Of a stretch of DNA of 64,000 bases, positions 9,922-19,409 are shown piece by piece (the stretch's first letter is position 1; each line of letters begins with the position of its first letter). The stretch is from Candidatus Parcubacteria bacterium. GTDB lineage: Bacteria > Patescibacteriota > Minisyncoccia > UBA6257 > JAGOQP01. The stretch is from the NCBI GenBank assembly GCA_025999395.1, contig AP024682.1, positions 367,487 through 431,486 on the forward strand. The letters run 5' to 3'. The position numbers and the translations under genes are program-made. The notes beneath the pieces were generated by a model. It did not search any database. It was not told the DNA's origin and was given only the letters and a program-made list of their open reading frames with translations.

Positions 9922-10368
9922 ATGGGAAAGAAAAAAGTTGTTTCCAAAGTAGAAGAATCGATTCCTTGGGAAGAAAAAATTGGAGAAACTGCTGGTAAAG
10001 GAGGGGCGGTTCCTTCAAAAAAAATTGAAAACGGCAGAATTTATATTAATGCTACCTATAATAATACTATTATTACTGTCACCGATAAAAATGGTAATGT
10101 TCTGGCTTGGGCTTCCTCAGGAAGTTTGGGTTTTTCTGGACCTAAAAAAGCTACTCCTTTTGCTGCTTCAAAAGTAGCAGCAGCAGTTTTGGAAAAGGTT
10201 AAAAAGACTGGTTTGGCAAACGTCGAAATTATTGTCAAGGGAGTAGGAAGTGGTCGCGATTCTGCTATCCGTACTATTGCCGCTCAAGGGATAAATATTG
10301 TTTCCCTTAAAGATGCTACCCCCATTCCTCATAATGGTCCTCGACCGCCAAAAGTAAGAAGAGTTTAA
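9922..10368 (+). CDS. rpsK: 30S ribosomal protein S11
   Basis: ATYNNTIITVTD, TPFAA, TPIPHNG.RPPK.RRV. Confidence 0.97.
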   Translation: MGKKKVVSKVEESIPWEEKIGETAGKGGAVPSKKIENGRIYINATYNNTIITVTDKNGNVLAWASSGSLGFSGPKKATPFAASKVAAAVLEKVKKTGLANVEIIVKGVGSGRDSAIRTIAAQGINIVSLKDATPIPHNGPRPPKVRRV

Positions 10369-10405
10369 TTATTTTAGATTTTATTTTGTAAGAAATTTTT
10401 AAAGT

Positions 10406-11020
10406 ATGAGATTGCTTAAATCCAAAGAAAAAAAAGAAAGAGCGTTAGGAGTTAAATTGGGCTTGAAAGCTTTTCGCTGCAATTCTCCCAAATGTGCTTT
10501 GGTACGCCGTCCTTATCGACCGGGAATGCACGGAAAAAAGTTTTCTCGATCAGCTTCGGAATTTAAGCTTCAGTTGATGGAGAAGCAAAAAATTAAATTC
10601 ACTTACGGTTTAACCGAGAGACAAATGAAAAATATCTTTAAAAAAGCTTCTGCTGCCAGAGAATCGGCTTTAGATTTTATCGGCAAAAAATTAGAAATGA
10701 GATTGGATAACATTGTTTTCAGAATGGGGTTGGCTCCCTCAATTATTATGGCAAGACAACTGGTAAGTCACGGGCATTTTTTGGTCAATAGCAGGAAGGT
10801 GACTGTTCCTTCTTATCAAGTAAAAGTAGGAGATGTGATTAAAGTAAGAGAAAAAATGAAGGATCATCCTCTTTTCAAGGATTTGAAAAATACCTTAAAA
10901 AATCAAAAGAGCGATTGGTTTGTTTTGGATGCAGAAAAATTGGAGGGAACGATTAAAGCTAATCCTCCTTTAGAACTTCCTTTCAACATTAACTTAGTGG
11001 TCGATTACTATTCGAGGTAA
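10406..11020 (+). CDS. rpsD: 30S ribosomal protein S4
   Basis: PGMHG, QLMEKQK, EMRLDNIVFRMG, ARQLVSHGH, VDYYSR. Confidence 0.97.
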   Translation: MRLLKSKEKKERALGVKLGLKAFRCNSPKCALVRRPYRPGMHGKKFSRSASEFKLQLMEKQKIKFTYGLTERQMKNIFKKASAARESALDFIGKKLEMRLDNIVFRMGLAPSIIMARQLVSHGHFLVNSRKVTVPSYQVKVGDVIKVREKMKDHPLFKDLKNTLKNQKSDWFVLDAEKLEGTIKANPPLELPFNINLVVDYYSR

Positions 11021-11077
11021 TTTTTAATTTTTTAGACATTAAATATAAAGGTCTAATTTTTAGTAATTTGTAAAAAT

Positions 11078-11833
11078 ATGGACTACACTCTTTTAAGTAA
11101 AAACGTTAGCATTAAAACTCTTTCTGAAACAGAAAATAAAGGAGTTTTTGAAATCTCGGGTCTTTATCGGGGATACGGAATGACCTTGGGTAATTCTTTA
11201 AGAAGAATTTTACTTTCTTCTTTACCGGGAGCAGCTATTACTCAGGTAAAAATAAAGGGAGTTAAGCACGAATTTTCTACTTTACCGGGAGTGTTGGAAG
11301 ATATAGTAGATATAACTCTTAATCTTAAGAGGGTAAGGTTTAGAATTTTTTCTAATGAGCCCCAAACAGTAACTTTGAAAAAGAAGGGAGAAGGAGAGGT
11401 GACGGCGGCTGATATTAAAACTACTTCTGAGGTAGAGGTGGTTAATCCTGAAGTTCATATTGCTACTCTTACTTCTAAAAGCGCTGAGTTAGAAATGGAG
11501 ATGGTAGTAGAAAAAGGTTTGGGTTACTCACCAGTGGAAACAAGAAAAACCGAAAAGCTTCCTATTGGTTCAATTGCAATCGATGCTCTTTTTTCTCCAG
11601 TGGTGAATGTGGGCTTTGAGGTGGAGAATATGAGAGTAGGAGAAAGAACTGATTATAATCGCTTAATTTTGACAATCGAAACTGATAAAACTATTACTCC
11701 TTCTCAAGCTCTGCATAAGGCCGCTAGTATTTTTAAGGATCATATAGAGATAGTTTTGGGTGTTGAAGTAAAGGAAATCTCTTCTGAGAAAAAAAGTGAA
11801 TCTTCTTCACAATCAAAGAAAGCAAAAAAGTAA
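11078..11833 (+). CDS. rpoA: RNA polymerase alpha subunit (N-terminal domain only)
   Basis: GYGMTLGNSLRRILLSSLPG, HEFSTLPGV.ED, DALFSPV, RVGERTDY; 251 aa with no alpha-CTD. Confidence 0.96.
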   Translation: MDYTLLSKNVSIKTLSETENKGVFEISGLYRGYGMTLGNSLRRILLSSLPGAAITQVKIKGVKHEFSTLPGVLEDIVDITLNLKRVRFRIFSNEPQTVTLKKKGEGEVTAADIKTTSEVEVVNPEVHIATLTSKSAELEMEMVVEKGLGYSPVETRKTEKLPIGSIAIDALFSPVVNVGFEVENMRVGERTDYNRLILTIETDKTITPSQALHKAASIFKDHIEIVLGVEVKEISSEKKSESSSQSKKAKK

Positions 11834-11873
11834 CTAAATAGCTAAATAGTCATTTTAATTTTTTGGTGAAATT

Positions 11874-12227
11874 ATGAGACATTTAAAAAAAGGAAGAAAA
11901 TTTGGAAGAAAGAAAGGGCAAAGAAAGGCTTTTTTAAAGAGCTTACTTAATAGCTTGATTTTAAATGAGAAAATTGTTACCACTACCGCTCGAGCTAAAA
12001 CTCTTAAAAGTCAGGCTGAAAAATTAGTTACTCTGGCTAAAAAGCAAAATTTATCTTCTCTCAGAATTCTTCTTTCTAAACTTCCGAAAAAATCAGCCCA
12101 AAAGCTTTATTACGAAATTGCTCCCCGCTTTTTAGAAAGAAGAGGAGGATACCTAACAATCACTCACCTGGCTAAAAAGAGAAAGGGAGACGGAGCTCAG
12201 ATGAGTAAGGTGGAGTTTGTGGCTTAA
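11874..12227 (+). CDS. rplQ: 50S ribosomal protein L17
   Basis: MRH...GRK.GR, I.TT.ARAK, R.GGY, R.GDGA.M. Confidence 0.96.
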   Translation: MRHLKKGRKFGRKKGQRKAFLKSLLNSLILNEKIVTTTARAKTLKSQAEKLVTLAKKQNLSSLRILLSKLPKKSAQKLYYEIAPRFLERRGGYLTITHLAKKRKGDGAQMSKVEFVA

Positions 12228-12271
12228 TTTTTAAAGCTAGGCTACAAGTAATTAAATAGTTAATAATTAAA

Positions 12272-12484
12272 ATGTCGTCGCTTTTTTCAAAAATCAAAAA
12301 TTTCTTAGAAAAGGAAGATGCTTGTACCATCTCTCAAAATGGGCGTCCGTTATTTGTTGTTTTGAAATGGGAAAAGTTTCAGGAAATTATAAAAGAAAAA
12401 AAAGATCTAGAATCTCTTAAACAAAAAGTTGAATTAACTCAAAAAGAAGAAGAAGGTATTGACATTAACAGCATCCCTGTGTAG
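12272..12484 (+). CDS. Small protein, Phd/YefM-like N-terminus and acidic IPV tail
   Basis: I..NG.P..VV.....F pattern of Phd/YefM domains; C-terminus EEEGIDINSIPV. Confidence 0.55.
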   Translation: MSSLFSKIKNFLEKEDACTISQNGRPLFVVLKWEKFQEIIKEKKDLESLKQKVELTQKEEEGIDINSIPV

Positions 12485-12487
12485 GAT
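12459..12487 (+). promoter_or_regulatory. Sigma70 promoter for tuf, inside the 3' end of the upstream ORF
   Basis: TTGACA-N17-TAGGAT with TG extended motif. Confidence 0.6.
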
Positions 12488-12573
12488 TATTTTTGTCTAG
12501 AAATAAGCACTTAGCGACTAAATTTTAGGTCATTAATTAACATTATTTATAATTAATAATAATAAGAAAAACT

Positions 12574-13773
12574 ATGGCAGAAAAAGCAAAATTCGAAAGA
12601 ACAAAGCCTCATGTTAACGTTGGAACAATCGGCCATGTTGATCATGGAAAAACCACCTTAACAGCGGCGATTACTCACGTTTTGAGGCTGAAAGGTTTAA
12701 TTAATAAAGAAGAGACAGTTGATCAAATTGATAACGCGCCCGAAGAAAAAGCGCGAGGAATTACCATTGCTCTTCACCACTCTGAGTATGAGTCAGAAAA
12801 AAGACATTATGCTCATATCGATGCTCCGGGGCATGCTGACTACATTAAGAATATGATCACTGGAGCAGCTCAGATGGACGGAGCGATTTTGGTAGTTGCA
12901 GCCACTGATGGTCCAATGCCTCAAACCCGAGAACACATTCTTTTGGCTAGACAAGTCGGCGTTCCAAGGATTGTAGTTTTTCTTAATAAAATTGATCAGG
13001 TTTCTGATCCAGATTTGATTGATTTGGTGGAATCAGAGGTAAGGGAGCTTTTGAAAAAGTATGAGTTTCCGGGAGATGAAGTTCCAGTGATTAGGGGTTC
13101 AGCTCTGAAGGCTTTGGAGGCAACTTCAGCAGATGATGAGGCAGCTAAACCGATTTTGGAATTGGTTAAAGCTTTAGATGAATATATTCCTGAGCCAGTA
13201 AGAGAAATCGATAAACCTTTCTTAATGCCGATTGAAGATATCTTCTCAATTGAAGGTCGGGGAACAGTGGTTACTGGAAAGGTAGAAAGAGGTGTGATTA
13301 AAGTCAACGAAGAGGTAGAAATTGTTGGTTTAAGAGAAACTCAAAAAACCGTTGTTACTGGTATTGAAATGTTTAATAAAGTTTTGGATGAAGGAAGAGC
13401 GGGAGATAACATCGGTATTTTGCTTCGTGGTCTTAAAAAGGAAGATGTAGAAAGAGGGCAGGTAGTTGCCAAACCCGGCAGCATTACTCCTCACACCGAA
13501 TTTGAGGCTCAGGTTTATGTTTTAACCAAGGAGGAAGGTGGTCGTCATACTCCTTTCTTTAAGGGTTATAAACCTCAATTTTATTTCAGAACTACTGATG
13601 TTACTGGTGAAGTTATTTTGCCAGAAGGAGTAGAGATGGTAATGCCGGGGGATACTATTACTTTGAAAGTTCAGTTAATTGCACCAGTAGCTTTGGAAGA
13701 GAAGCAAAGATTTGCTATTCGTGAGGGAGGAAAAACGGTTGGTGCAGGTTCGATTACTAAAATTATTAAGTAG
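12574..13773 (+). CDS. tuf: Elongation factor Tu
   Basis: [37 protein letters not shown]. Confidence 0.99.
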   Translation: MAEKAKFERTKPHVNVGTIGHVDHGKTTLTAAITHVLRLKGLINKEETVDQIDNAPEEKARGITIALHHSEYESEKRHYAHIDAPGHADYIKNMITGAAQMDGAILVVAATDGPMPQTREHILLARQVGVPRIVVFLNKIDQVSDPDLIDLVESEVRELLKKYEFPGDEVPVIRGSALKALEATSADDEAAKPILELVKALDEYIPEPVREIDKPFLMPIEDIFSIEGRGTVVTGKVERGVIKVNEEVEIVGLRETQKTVVTGIEMFNKVLDEGRAGDNIGILLRGLKKEDVERGQVVAKPGSITPHTEFEAQVYVLTKEEGGRHTPFFKGYKPQFYFRTTDVTGEVILPEGVEMVMPGDTITLKVQLIAPVALEEKQRFAIREGGKTVGAGSITKIIK

Positions 13774-13845
13774 TTAAGTTAAGTTAAGATTAAGTAAATT
13801 TAAAACAAAAAGGCAAATTAAGAGAAAAATCTCAAGAAGGAAGAT

Positions 13846-14172
13846 ATGAATCGCAAGAACATTGAAAAAAGTAAAATTCGCTTAAAGATTAAATCTTACG
13901 ATCACCGCTTGATTGATTCTTCTACCAAGCAAATAATTGAGAACGCCAAAAGAAATGGCGCTGAAATTGTGGGACCTATTCCTTTGCCCACCGAAATAAG
14001 AAGGTACACCGTTAATCGTTCTACCTTTGTTCACAAGAATTCTCGAGATCAGTTTGAAATTCGAGTTCATAAGCGCTTGGTAGAAATCTTGAATCCGGAA
14101 CAAAAAATAATTGAGTCTCTTTCTAATCTTAATTTGCCTTCAGGAGTGGAAGTGGAAATAAAAATAATTTAG
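13846..14172 (+). CDS. rpsJ: 30S ribosomal protein S10
   Basis: IRLKIKSYDH, GPIPLPT, SRDQFEIRVHKR. Confidence 0.97.
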   Translation: MNRKNIEKSKIRLKIKSYDHRLIDSSTKQIIENAKRNGAEIVGPIPLPTEIRRYTVNRSTFVHKNSRDQFEIRVHKRLVEILNPEQKIIESLSNLNLPSGVEVEIKII

Positions 14173-14198
14173 TTGACTGGGAAAAATATTTTTCAATC

Positions 14199-14232
14199 AA
14201 AAAGAAGCCTCATAAACCGAGGCTTCTTTTTT
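14199..14232 (+). terminator. Intrinsic terminator after rpsJ
   Basis: AAAAAGAAGCCTC-ATAAACC-GAGGCTTCTTTTTT. Confidence 0.85.
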
Positions 14233-14347
14233 ATTTAGATCTTTAAATTTTTTGAAAAGCAATTATTATTTAATTAACTAATTAACTTAAATAAATAATC
14301 AAATTGAAAAAAAGAGAAACAAAACAAGCTCTTTTCTCTCTGAAATA

Positions 14348-14376
14348 TTGACACTAATCTTTATTTTTGCTAACCT
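14348..14376 (+). promoter_or_regulatory. Sigma70 promoter for the rplC operon
   Basis: TTGACA-N17-TAACCT with TG extended motif. Confidence 0.65.
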
Positions 14377-14410
14377 TAATTTGCTCTTACACTAAAGGTT
14401 AAAAACAAAA

Positions 14411-14444
14411 AAGACAGCCGAGGTGTAGAGACCTTGGCTGTTTT
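14411..14444 (+). promoter_or_regulatory. Leader hairpin upstream of rplC
   Basis: ACAGCCGAGGT-GTAGAG-ACCTTGGCTGT, an 11-bp stem with one G-U, followed by a short U run. Confidence 0.55.
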
Positions 14445-14481
14445 AGTGATATTTAGTCATTAAATAAATTAAAGTTTTTTT

Positions 14482-15087
14482 ATGTTTCTTATAGGAAGAA
14501 AAGTCGGTATGAGTCAGATCTGGAATGAAGAAGGAAAGGTTATCCCGGTAACCGTAGTTCAGGCTGGGCCGGTAGTGGTTACTCAGATTAAAACAGAAGA
14601 AAAAGATGGCTATCAAGCTTTTCAAGTAGGATATGATCCTTCCAAGAAAAAGCTTTCTAAACCTCTAAAAGGGCATCTAAAAGATTTGGGAAATTTTCGA
14701 TTTTTAAGGGAGTTTAAACCAACCCAGTCAGAAATAAGTTACAATGTTGGAGACAAAATCGATGTTTCGGTTTTTAATCAGGGAGATAAGGTAAAAGTAA
14801 TCGGATATGAAAAGGGTAGAGGTTTTCAAGGAGTAGTTAAAAGACATGGTTTTCATGGTGGTCCCAAAACTCACGGTCAAAAAAATAGATTGAGAGCGCC
14901 CGGATCATTAGGACCAACCGCTCCTCAAAGGGTAATCAAAGGAAGAAAAATGGCTGGAAGAATGGGCAATGAAAGAGTAACTATAAAAAGTGAAGTGGTG
15001 GGGGTCGACAAAGAAAATAATCTTTTATTGATAAAAGGGCCCTTGCCAGGGAATAAAAAGAATATTTTATTGATTCAGAAAGTTTAA
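14482..15087 (+). CDS. rplC: 50S ribosomal protein L3
   Basis: GRKVGMSQ, KGRGFQGVVKRHGF, RAPGS, KMAGRMG. Confidence 0.97.
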   Translation: MFLIGRKVGMSQIWNEEGKVIPVTVVQAGPVVVTQIKTEEKDGYQAFQVGYDPSKKKLSKPLKGHLKDLGNFRFLREFKPTQSEISYNVGDKIDVSVFNQGDKVKVIGYEKGRGFQGVVKRHGFHGGPKTHGQKNRLRAPGSLGPTAPQRVIKGRKMAGRMGNERVTIKSEVVGVDKENNLLLIKGPLPGNKKNILLIQKV

Positions 15088-15112
15088 TTGATATTTGGTA
15101 ATTTAGATTAAC

Positions 15113-15751
15113 ATGGAAGTAACCGTTTACAATTTGAATAAGGAAAAGGTAGACACTTTGAAAGTGCCAGATTTTGTTTTTAATGCTAAATGGAATCCGG
15201 ATTTAGTTCATCAGGTATTAGTAGCCCAACAAGCCAACAGTCGCTCTCCAGTAGCTCATGCTAAGGGGAGAGGAGAAGTAAGCGGAGGAGGAAAAAAACC
15301 TTGGAGGCAAAAAGGAACCGGAAGGGCGCGTCACGGATCTATTCGTTCTCCTTTGTGGAAGGGAGGAGGAGTTACTCATGGTCCCACTAAAGAAAAAAAG
15401 TTTGAGAAAGAGATTCCCAAGAAAATGAAAAGAGGAGCAATTTTTTCTGTTCTCTCAAAAAAATATCTAGAAGGAGATGTTTTAATCGTTGATTCGCTGA
15501 ATTGGAGTGGAAATTTAAAAACCAAAGAAGCTAAAAAAGCAGTTGAAAAAATTGCTGATTTTAGAAGTCCTCATCTCTTTATTTTAGGAACCTCTAATAA
15601 AGAAAAGGAAAAAGCTTTGAAAAATATTCCTCGTTTTGATTGTTTGTCACCACTTTCTTTAAATGTGTATGATCTACTCAAACCCAAGAAAATTATTTTA
15701 GAAAAAGAAGCCGTTGAAGAGATAATTAATCATTACAAGTTAAGGAAATAA
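15113..15751 (+). CDS. rplD: 50S ribosomal protein L4
   Basis: RGEVSGGGKKPWRQKGTGRARHGSIRSP. Confidence 0.97.
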   Translation: MEVTVYNLNKEKVDTLKVPDFVFNAKWNPDLVHQVLVAQQANSRSPVAHAKGRGEVSGGGKKPWRQKGTGRARHGSIRSPLWKGGGVTHGPTKEKKFEKEIPKKMKRGAIFSVLSKKYLEGDVLIVDSLNWSGNLKTKEAKKAVEKIADFRSPHLFILGTSNKEKEKALKNIPRFDCLSPLSLNVYDLLKPKKIILEKEAVEEIINHYKLRK

Positions 15752-15763
15752 TTTTTCTTTTCT

Positions 15764-16150
15764 ATGTCTATTTTTAGGAAGAAAAAAGAAGAAAAGAAGG
15801 AAGAGAAGAAAGAAGAAAAGGAAGGAAAAACCCAAGGAGATCAAACCTCTCAATTTAAAGTTTTAATAGGGGAGAGGCTCATTCTTGATCGCCCGTTAAT
15901 TACTGAAAAAACTTTATCTCTGACGGAAGAGGGAAAGTATGTTTTTTTAGTTCCTCGAGATGTAAATAAAACAGAAGCTAAAAAACAAATTGAGAGATTG
16001 TATTCAGTTAAAGTCACGAAAGTTTCTTCTTTAAGACAAAAGCCAAAACCTCGCTATTTTCGAGGGATAAGGGGAGAAAAGTTAGGATTAAAGAAGATTA
16101 TTGTTACTTTAAGAAAAGGCCAAAAAATAGAAATTGGCGGCAATAAGTAA
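15764..16150 (+). CDS. rplW: 50S ribosomal protein L23 with charged N-terminal extension
   Basis: PLITEK, YVF.V...NK, KK.IVTL..GQ.I; position in the S10 operon. Confidence 0.93.
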   Translation: MSIFRKKKEEKKEEKKEEKEGKTQGDQTSQFKVLIGERLILDRPLITEKTLSLTEEGKYVFLVPRDVNKTEAKKQIERLYSVKVTKVSSLRQKPKPRYFRGIRGEKLGLKKIIVTLRKGQKIEIGGNK

Positions 16151-16182
16151 AAAATGTAAAAAATTAAGCAAATTTTGTTTTT

Positions 16183-17019
16183 ATGAAGAAATATTCACCT
16201 ACAACTCCATCGCGCCGGCATATGACAGTGGTAGAAATGAAAGAGCTTTCTAAGGAAGGGCCCTTAAAGAGCCTAACCAAAAGACTTAAAAGTCATTCCG
16301 GACGCAACAATCAAGGCCGAATCACCGTTCGTCATCAGGGTGGAGGGAATAAAAAACTTTATCGAATGGTTGATTTTAAGCAAAACATTTTAGATGTTCC
16401 TGCTAAAATTGAAGCCTTGGAATATGATCCTTACCGAACTGCTTTTATCGCTAGAATTCTTTATCAGAATGGAAAAAGAAGCTATATTCTCGCTTTTCAA
16501 TCTGCGAAGGTGGGAATGACGATTGTTACTTCTCAGAAAGCTCCTTTGAAAAAAGGCAATCGAATGCTTTTAAAAAACATTCCAGTTGGTTATCAAGTTC
16601 ATAATATTGAAATTGTTCCGAGAGGAGGAGGAAAATTAGCCCGCTCAGCTGGTTCTTATGCGGAAATACTAGCTCATGATAATGGTTACACCACTTTAAA
16701 AATGCCTTCCGGAGAAATAAGAAAGGTGCTCTGGGATGGATTTGCTTCTATTGGTCAAGTTTCTAATGTTGATCATTCACTAGTTAATTTAGGAAAAGCT
16801 GGTCGCTCTCGCTGGTTGGGAATTCGGCCAACGGTAAGGGGATCAGCGATGAATCCAGTTGATCATCCCTACGGAGGTGGAGAAGGCCGACAAAGAAGAG
16901 GAACAAGAAGACCTAAAACTTTGTGGGGCAAGGTGACGGGTGGACATAAAACCAGAAATAAGAAGAAATGGTCGACTAAATTAATCGTAGCTCGAAGGGT
17001 AAAGAAGAGCAGAAAGTAG
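16183..17019 (+). CDS. rplB: 50S ribosomal protein L2
   Basis: GRNNQGRIT.RH.GGG, EYDP.R, RGSAMNPVDHP.GGGEG. Confidence 0.98.
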   Translation: MKKYSPTTPSRRHMTVVEMKELSKEGPLKSLTKRLKSHSGRNNQGRITVRHQGGGNKKLYRMVDFKQNILDVPAKIEALEYDPYRTAFIARILYQNGKRSYILAFQSAKVGMTIVTSQKAPLKKGNRMLLKNIPVGYQVHNIEIVPRGGGKLARSAGSYAEILAHDNGYTTLKMPSGEIRKVLWDGFASIGQVSNVDHSLVNLGKAGRSRWLGIRPTVRGSAMNPVDHPYGGGEGRQRRGTRRPKTLWGKVTGGHKTRNKKKWSTKLIVARRVKKSRK

Positions 17020-17059
17020 TTTAATATTGTCATTAAAATTGAGATAATAAGTTTGTTAT

Positions 17060-17362
17060 ATGTCACGAAGTTTAAAAAAAGGTCCCTATATTGATCCTAA
17101 GCTTTTAAAGAAAGTTCTTAGACAAAAGCCTGATGATGGCCCGATTAAGACTTGGGCGAGAGATTCAATGATTGCCCCAGAAATGGTAGGCTATACTTTT
17201 CTTGTTCATAACGGCAAGGATTTTATTCCAGTAAAAGTAACCGAAGAAATGGTCGGACATCGATTAGGGGAATTTTCTCCAACCAGAAAGTTTATTAAGC
17301 ATGGAGGAAAGATGCAGAGAGAATTGGAGAAAAAGGCAGCTAGTCCCACAGCAGCTAAATAA
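17060..17362 (+). CDS. rpsS: 30S ribosomal protein S19
   Basis: [25 protein letters not shown]. Confidence 0.97.
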   Translation: MSRSLKKGPYIDPKLLKKVLRQKPDDGPIKTWARDSMIAPEMVGYTFLVHNGKDFIPVKVTEEMVGHRLGEFSPTRKFIKHGGKMQRELEKKAASPTAAK

Positions 17363-17396
17363 TGATTTAAAGTTAATTTAATTTTTATTTGGGTTT

Positions 17397-17981
17397 ATGA
17401 AAGAAAATTCAAAAGTTAGCGTTGCTGAAAAAAATGAAAATCTTGCCACAGCAAGATTAAGATATTTAAGGATTGCTCCTCGGAAGGTGAGGTTAGTTGC
17501 TAATTTAATAAAGAAAATGCCGGCTAATCAGGCTTTGGCTCAGCTTTCTCTTTCTCCCCGTCGAGCAGCCGAACCTCTTTTAAAACTTCTTAAATCAGCG
17601 ATAGAAAACGCCAAGAGCAAAAACTTGAAAGTTGAGAGATTAGTAGTTAAAGAGATTAAGGTTGATAAAGGACCAATTTTAAAGAGATGGATGCCCAGAG
17701 CTCAAGGAAGAGCTACTCCTATTCATAAGATTACTAGTCATGTTTTTATTGCTTTGACCGAAGCAGAGAAAGAATTGGAGCCAAAATTTGTTATCGAAAC
17801 CAAAAAACCCGCCAAAAAGAAAGAAAAAGCAAGTTCTGAAAAAGCTGAGCATCAAGCTCAAGAATCAGAGAAAAAGAAGGAAGAAAAGAAATTAGAAATA
17901 AGAGAAGAGAAATTAAAGGGCGAGCAAAAAAAGGATCAGAAAGGATTTTTGAAGAGAATGTTTAGAAGAAAGTCGATTTAG
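17397..17981 (+). CDS. rplV: 50S ribosomal protein L22 with long C-terminal extension
   Basis: RIAPRKVRLVA, LKSAIENA, PRAQGRA..I.K.TSH; about 65-aa K/E-rich tail. Confidence 0.95.
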   Translation: MKENSKVSVAEKNENLATARLRYLRIAPRKVRLVANLIKKMPANQALAQLSLSPRRAAEPLLKLLKSAIENAKSKNLKVERLVVKEIKVDKGPILKRWMPRAQGRATPIHKITSHVFIALTEAEKELEPKFVIETKKPAKKKEKASSEKAEHQAQESEKKKEEKKLEIREEKLKGEQKKDQKGFLKRMFRRKSI

Positions 17982-18042
17982 TTTATTTATTGAATAAGTA
18001 GAAAAAATTTATTATCTTTTTATTGCCTTTTTATAAAAAATT

Positions 18043-18726
18043 ATGGGACAAAAGATAAAACCAACATTACTCAGACTGGGAATTACCAAAGATTGGAAAT
18101 CAAAATGGTTCCCCAAAAACTTTAAGTTTGGGAGAGGCCTTTTTGAAGATTTTTTGATTCGTCAAATTATTCGCCAGAAAATAGAAATGGCGGGGTTAGA
18201 TTCGATAAACATTGAAAAAACAGCTAATAACTACAAGATTCTCATTAAGGCTGCACGCCCCGGATTAATTATTGGAAGAGGAGGAAAAGGGGTAGAAGAA
18301 TTAACAGAATTGATTAGTAAGGAAATCAATCTTTTTAGAAAGAAGGCGGGGATTAAAGAAAAGGCAGTTATTAATTTAAGCGTAGAAGAAGTAAAAAGAT
18401 ATGAAGCTTCTGCTCAAATTATTGCTCAAAATATTGCTTGGGATATAGAAAAAAGAATGCCTTTTCGAAAAACAGCTAAAAAATATTTGGAAAAAATAAT
18501 GCAAAGCAGAGAAGTAAAAGGAGCTAAGATAAAAGTTTCTGGTCGGCTAGATGGCGCAGAAATTTCACGTTCGGAATGGTTTGCAGCTGGAAGTTTGCCT
18601 TTGCAAACCTTAAGAGCTGATATTGATTATGGAGAAGCGACTGCTTTTACGACTTATGGAACGGTAGGAATAAAAGTCTGGATTTACAAAGGTGAGATTT
18701 TAAAAAATCAAAATCAAATCAAATAA
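18043..18726 (+). CDS. rpsC: 30S ribosomal protein S3
   Basis: MGQK..P...RLG, RPGLIIG..G, SGRLDGAEI.R, PLQTLRADIDY. Confidence 0.97.
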   Translation: MGQKIKPTLLRLGITKDWKSKWFPKNFKFGRGLFEDFLIRQIIRQKIEMAGLDSINIEKTANNYKILIKAARPGLIIGRGGKGVEELTELISKEINLFRKKAGIKEKAVINLSVEEVKRYEASAQIIAQNIAWDIEKRMPFRKTAKKYLEKIMQSREVKGAKIKVSGRLDGAEISRSEWFAAGSLPLQTLRADIDYGEATAFTTYGTVGIKVWIYKGEILKNQNQIK

Positions 18727-18738
18727 GTTTTTTACTGT

Positions 18739-19158
18739 ATGCTTCAACCTAAGAAAACAAAACATCGCAAATGGCAGAAAGGAAGATCAAGAAAGAGAAT
18801 GAAAGAAACCCGCGGGACCCAAATTCATTTTGGAAGTTTTGGGCTTCAGGCTTTATCAGCAGCTTATGTTGACTCCAAACAAATTGAAGCTGCCAGAAAA
18901 GCAATTTCTCATTTTACTAAAAGAGGAGGTAAGCTGTGGATTAGAATTTTTCCTGATAAACCAATCACTAAAAGGCCTCCCGAATTAACAATGGGTGGAG
19001 GAAAAGGAGCGGTTGATCATTATGTTTTTCCAGTGAAACCGGGAAGAATTATTTTCGAAATTGATGGAGTTTCTCCAGAGCAAGCCAGAGAAGCCTTAAG
19101 AAGAGCGGCTCACAAATTACCCTTAAAAACACGAATTGTTGAAAAAGAGTCATTATAA
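18739..19158 (+). CDS. rplP: 50S ribosomal protein L16
   Basis: [26 protein letters not shown]. Confidence 0.97.
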   Translation: MLQPKKTKHRKWQKGRSRKRMKETRGTQIHFGSFGLQALSAAYVDSKQIEAARKAISHFTKRGGKLWIRIFPDKPITKRPPELTMGGGKGAVDHYVFPVKPGRIIFEIDGVSPEQAREALRRAAHKLPLKTRIVEKESL

Positions 19159-19163
19159 TTTGA

Positions 19164-19193
19164 TTGACTTTAAGGCATAAGTAAGGATATTCT
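19164..19193 (+). promoter_or_regulatory. Possible internal promoter upstream of rpmC
   Basis: TTGACT-N18-TATTCT; ATG 12 nt downstream. Confidence 0.35.
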
Positions 19194-19205
19194 AATAAAA
19201 TTCCT

Positions 19206-19409
19206 ATGAAAGCTGATAAACTTAAAGAATTAAGAACAAAAGAAGTGAAAGAATTGGAAACGATGGTGATGGATTTGAAAGAGAAGTTGGAAAAACTAAG
19301 ATTTGATTTGAAATCAGGAAAGACAGCAAGTATTAAGGATATCCGACGAATCAGAAAAGAAATTGCGGTGATAATGACAATAATTAATGAGAAGAAGAAA
19401 CATGGCTAA
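19206..19409 (+). CDS. rpmC: 50S ribosomal protein L29
   Basis: ELR....EL, LRF, IR.IRKEIA...T; synteny. Confidence 0.93.
   Translation: MKADKLKELRTKEVKELETMVMDLKEKLEKLRFDLKSGKTASIKDIRRIRKEIAVIMTIINEKKKHG

Noticed and set aside
15778-15825. GAA/AAG-rich repeat in rplW
   Set aside because: Explained by the K/E-rich protein extension; not an independent DNA repeat.
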